This document shows, piece by piece, positions 61,201 to 64,000 of a stretch of 64,000 nucleotides of DNA. Positions within the stretch are counted from its first letter, which is position 1. Every line of letters begins with the position of its first letter. Source of the DNA: a virus; the IMG/VR virus record IMGVR_UViG_3300008050_000039, positions 3,628 to 67,627 of that record; one strand, written 5' to 3'. Under the pieces are notes generated by a model. That model did not search any database. It worked only from the letters and a program-made list of their open reading frames with translations, and had not been told where the DNA came from. Made by a program: the position numbers and the translations under genes.

Positions 61201-64000
61201 GTTGGGTGTTGTGGGGTGATATGAGAAACAATGGCAAAGCAGACGCCGATGGTTCAACTCGTAAAAATCAATTTGGTTTAATTTATCCCACGCCGGAAAA
61301 TTATGATGTTAGCCTTTACTACAACGACCAACTTTCCGATGATGGAACACCAGATAAGTTCACGGATTTGAAATTAGGTCAAGATGTTGATTTGTGGGAG
61401 GTAAGTGCGAGTTCAGACCCGACAACAAATATCCCTTTCTCAAAACCGGCAGACTATGGGAACAGACAAACGCTTACAAGTATCACCGATAATGGTTCCG
61501 GTAAGGCGCGATTGACGGTTAGTGCTTCTCATGGTATCGTTGCCGATGATTATGTCCATGTTGTTAATTCCGCTCTCCATGAAGGCGGTCATTTAGTAGG
61601 TAGTGTTGGTGCAACCACCATTGACCTTACTACTGCTTTTGCCGGAACAGACAGCGCACCAACCGAAGGCTACTCTTGGCACAAATCTATTGGTTCAGAA
61701 AGTGACTTGGCCGTATATCAAGATTGGGAAGATAAAGGTGGGGCATTTACCATCATTGATGGTTCTAAGTTTTTCAATCTCAATACCGTAGTGAACGGAG
61801 GGAAAAGTGGGCAGAACGCAGGGGGTAATACCGACTTAGGAGATTATGTAGCAACCGTTCATGGTTTCCCCTCCCTTATTGATAATTATTGGGGCGAAGC
61901 CATGTCGTCATTCAAAACTACCGCCGCACCATTCTTACAGCACCCAAACCAATTTAGGTGTCTGTCCGATGGAACGGGTGTTAACACTTCAATAACAATA
62001 GGTGATACTACTATCCAAATTGATTCCGGTATTAATTTCCCTATGAGCGGTATAGGTAAATTGACGGGGGTTACTTCGGCATCCGGCTCATCCACACAAC
62101 AACAAACTGATACTTTTTATATTGTTTGGGATTCGCGATTTCAAACGACATTAACTGATGCGGCCACAGGTGGTAGCACAACAACTTTAGTGGATTCGGG
62201 GGCTACCTTTACAACAACCGGCAGTTATGGGGTTTCGGCAGGTATGCTCTTGAAAAATGATACTACCGGAGAACAGGGCCTTATTCAATCGGTGACAAAC
62301 GCTACTACTTTAGCGGTTTTGGCGGCTGATTTCCCGACAGGTTTTTCGGCAAGTGATGTTTATGTAATTCCAGCCCAATTAGCAAATTGTTATGGTATTG
62401 CTTTAAGCGCATACCAATATCTAAGTAGTATCACCCCCGCCCAACTTGAATCTTACTTAACAAATAACATAGCAAGTTCGCTTTCTTGGAATGGGGGGAG
62501 CCTTGATATTAGATTTAACGCACCAATAGCCACCACAAGCGGAACGACAGGCCAATACGACGAAATAAATATATTTAATAGTATTTCATCACAATTCATG
62601 CTTCGTTTGATGATGGAAATAAAAGGTTATGTTCGCACTACTAATATAGGTAGTTATTGGGATAGCGATAAAATGCGTTTGCTTTGGTCGGGAGGATTGT
62701 TGGATTCTTGGTTCCCCCGCCCAACTTTACCATGCGTCTTTGATATTAATAATGTGCCTATTACTTCTATGATGACAACAGATGGTGGAGTATCAAATAA
62801 TGATGGTTATGGTTCTATCGTGGATGGGCGCAGTAAAACCATGCTTGCTATTGTGAAAAATATGAAGGAGAAAAATGCGGCCGGTTATTATTCCGGTTTG
62901 ATTACAACCTTTAGTTGGTTGATGGGGCGTGATGGGAAAATAGAATACAGACCCAAATATAATAGTGGTTGGTCTTTTGATAGAACAAATCTTTTAGTAA
63001 GCGATTTATCAACAGATGTTGCCGGTCAAGTGAGCCATATAAGAGTCTATTACAAAAATGGAAAAGGATTCGTTGATTATCCAACACCAAGTCTTTCAGA
63101 TACAACAAAATGGAAAGTATTAGAATATCCAGATTTACAAAGCCAATGGGAAGCGGAAGCATTAGCAAAACAAGAATATAACCGACTAAAAGAGGGTAGG
63201 TTATCAATTAAAGCGGAACCCATGCGTGATGTTAATACCAATGATAAAATGTTATACAATGGTAGGTTTGGTTATGTGGCCGACCCACAACGAGCATTAC
63301 AAGGCTACCAAAACAGTTCCTCCGAACAGGGTAGGTATTGGGCGAGAGCAGGTGAAGGGGGAATACCATTTCCAGGAATGGTAAATGCAATGGATGGAAA
63401 CCTAAAGACATCAACAGACATATATAATCGTTATGGTTATTCCGGCAGAATAGATGCCACCGATACTCTTAACGATACGATAGCATGGGATGATAATTAC
63501 TATTTTTACGGGGCTAACAGCGTATCGTATGCGGTTCAAATTGTCAATGTGTCACATGGGGTTCCGAAAACAAGTGCTACAACAAGTGAAGATTTGCGTA
63601 TCTGGGTCGCGCTTAAAGACGGACAAACGGGAACGGATATAGATAATGCCGAGTTCACCATTGGTATATCGGACTGTTCTTATTCAACTTCAAGTGCGGC
63701 CAACGGTGGTAATTGTCCGACACTTGCGCCCGCTCTTGCCACGAATGGATATGAAAGTGTAAATGTGAAGGATAGTGGTTTTTATGAAATTGCTGTTCCG
63801 GTGTCCTATCATAATTCCTCTCCACAGAAAAAAATTATTGTATCATACAATGCTGAATACTGTCGTGCTTTATTACGACACAGATGCGGCGACCCCGCAA
63901 GTTCAAGCATTCGCCATAACTCACACAACATTACCGAAGCAACAGGCTGCTCTGGGGCGGCAACAAATACAAATAGTATATTCCCTCTTGGCGCCAGACA
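58230..64000 (+). CDS. very large tail tip/baseplate/adhesin protein (>1900 aa, runs off the window)
   Basis: ATG 58230 after GGTGA RBS (MARSVTSKYGFWLAGYYDDF...); T/G/S-rich; absent from ORF track, consistent with no stop before the end. Confidence 0.75.
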   Translation, partial: MARSVTSKYGFWLAGYYDDFSGARAIPDDKNQPSLTTSYDRKKTHHGNAMNGEATLNPRYRWAYNEREGDAGYGSLITDATNLFLLNNGSYEWLTLDTTRQKPEKWEGRAQLQYPDGIANANRVKFDRTSWSGSQGGYQRFCNGFYTAGSYVVPTGDDDSTFGRRDVYNFNANNYDAKKGGLLSNSATNSVAYVQWANLVGAWAGEQVAYSHNDNNSGVTECPYAVFTPIKSPAGKPFLCIKSFHAVTDSHEVSSTKRPAIAYNGTLNSKDTGDVFTIRFAIRSFEGNTAAGIKGMVPPTVTIFAGFDDSLSATDETGFDDNTNTAAIEWEIDFHTATGLAAAYDYYDMLYDNTNTKLTFNNDDLWIDLDFVIDYDTNKYKVYHDGTEVTAANITAGSYGDGYTLKTNNVTSSAFTPSDMFGWQITVEPQTTTGGITHAGTNISLLLDRVGLVRPLSDHPDGRVLPPLTDMKMISPVNGISQLQLDIADDPSMNTSTGAVGTLDSYYSHQLTKIFNTNKVDDWYLLMFASDEGYHTKEAGAGRIDRPVWRGVVEKIDIKQNKTKRRTIKLNARDQLSTLDRQVPLWELGQGSMNTEESATPYWVHDSQGYNSMMYLGVVALKTFKSTVGFDKDDAYVERTDQRTQLYSAHPIQMYNNEDSIYGPNNIEEQYEGYAVVGVGKERAGGNTQLYLRGNPGYTTGSSITTTNTISHNVSGVTPSAVSTYIYPNSIVNEAQNYQIVEVASGTLAFTRETPLIVHASNQVGGFATSGGVSNTIVCHFDSNPTLAIGDYFLIPDYTTLGGANHADYVGLHQVKSIGSYILTSGGTTYHRVITHTPYPGTAIGTYGTPLTGNDRVQWTKETGTITPITTDISSRAVHAAWMRDFPLSLWFRYHFGIIDRAVDATGAIQGATTIASTKVQITSATYAAIGGSSGLAEIIDADGTIDTFIWKQKATDGGNYYLVGCEYLSRAHNSGVIINILDTSSDYKHCWVLWGDMRNNGKADADGSTRKNQFGLIYPTPENYDVSLYYNDQLSDDGTPDKFTDLKLGQDVDLWEVSASSDPTTNIPFSKPADYGNRQTLTSITDNGSGKARLTVSASHGIVADDYVHVVNSALHEGGHLVGSVGATTIDLTTAFAGTDSAPTEGYSWHKSIGSESDLAVYQDWEDKGGAFTIIDGSKFFNLNTVVNGGKSGQNAGGNTDLGDYVATVHGFPSLIDNYWGEAMSSFKTTAAPFLQHPNQFRCLSDGTGVNTSITIGDTTIQIDSGINFPMSGIGKLTGVTSASGSSTQQQTDTFYIVWDSRFQTTLTDAATGGSTTTLVDSGATFTTTGSYGVSAGMLLKNDTTGEQGLIQSVTNATTLAVLAADFPTGFSASDVYVIPAQLANCYGIALSAYQYLSSITPAQLESYLTNNIASSLSWNGGSLDIRFNAPIATTSGTTGQYDEINIFNSISSQFMLRLMMEIKGYVRTTNIGSYWDSDKMRLLWSGGLLDSWFPRPTLPCVFDINNVPITSMMTTDGGVSNNDGYGSIVDGRSKTMLAIVKNMKEKNAAGYYSGLITTFSWLMGRDGKIEYRPKYNSGWSFDRTNLLVSDLSTDVAGQVSHIRVYYKNGKGFVDYPTPSLSDTTKWKVLEYPDLQSQWEAEALAKQEYNRLKEGRLSIKAEPMRDVNTNDKMLYNGRFGYVADPQRALQGYQNSSSEQGRYWARAGEGGIPFPGMVNAMDGNLKTSTDIYNRYGYSGRIDATDTLNDTIAWDDNYYFYGANSVSYAVQIVNVSHGVPKTSATTSEDLRIWVALKDGQTGTDIDNAEFTIGISDCSYSTSSAANGGNCPTLAPALATNGYESVNVKDSGFYEIAVPVSYHNSSPQKKIIVSYNAEYCRALLRHRCGDPASSSIRHNSHNITEATGCSGAATNTNSIFPLGAR

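Noticed and set aside
58576-63414. Short ORFs listed in the track
   Set aside because: Shadow frames of the single long ORF starting at 58230

Overview
A 64-kb segment of a tailed dsDNA archaeal virus (siphovirus-like Caudoviricetes). It is most consistent with a magrovirus infecting marine group II Euryarchaeota (Poseidoniales); this is inferred from archaeal-type PolB, RFC, MCM and PCNA-like genes, BRE/TATA promoters, GGTGA-type RBSs and a non-acidic proteome. Layout: (i) 1-17.5 kb, minus-strand replication/recombination module (Cas4-like nuclease, PolB, N4/N6 MTase, clamp, ATPase, SSB, RFC, MCM, PAC2-like, several wHTH proteins). (ii) 17.8-32.4 kb, minus-strand accessory/early region made of short transcription units; seven of these, plus one at 11.1 kb, are headed by the same 19-21-bp motif at fixed spacing from a BRE-TATA box. 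(iii) 32.4-37.9 kb, a low-complexity A-tract/GGCC array region holding a few plus-strand genes and a multi-hairpin candidate ncRNA. (iv) 37.9-40.9 kb, TerL plus a metallophosphoesterase on the minus strand. (v) 41.2-64 kb, plus-strand head/tail operon with a -1 frameshift tail-chaperone pair. The most striking unexplained feature is three copies of an exactly 208-bp, internally symmetric AT-rich element (17549-17756, inverted; 33131-33338; 40962-41169) at module boundaries. All annotations come from motif reading by eye; no database searches were run.
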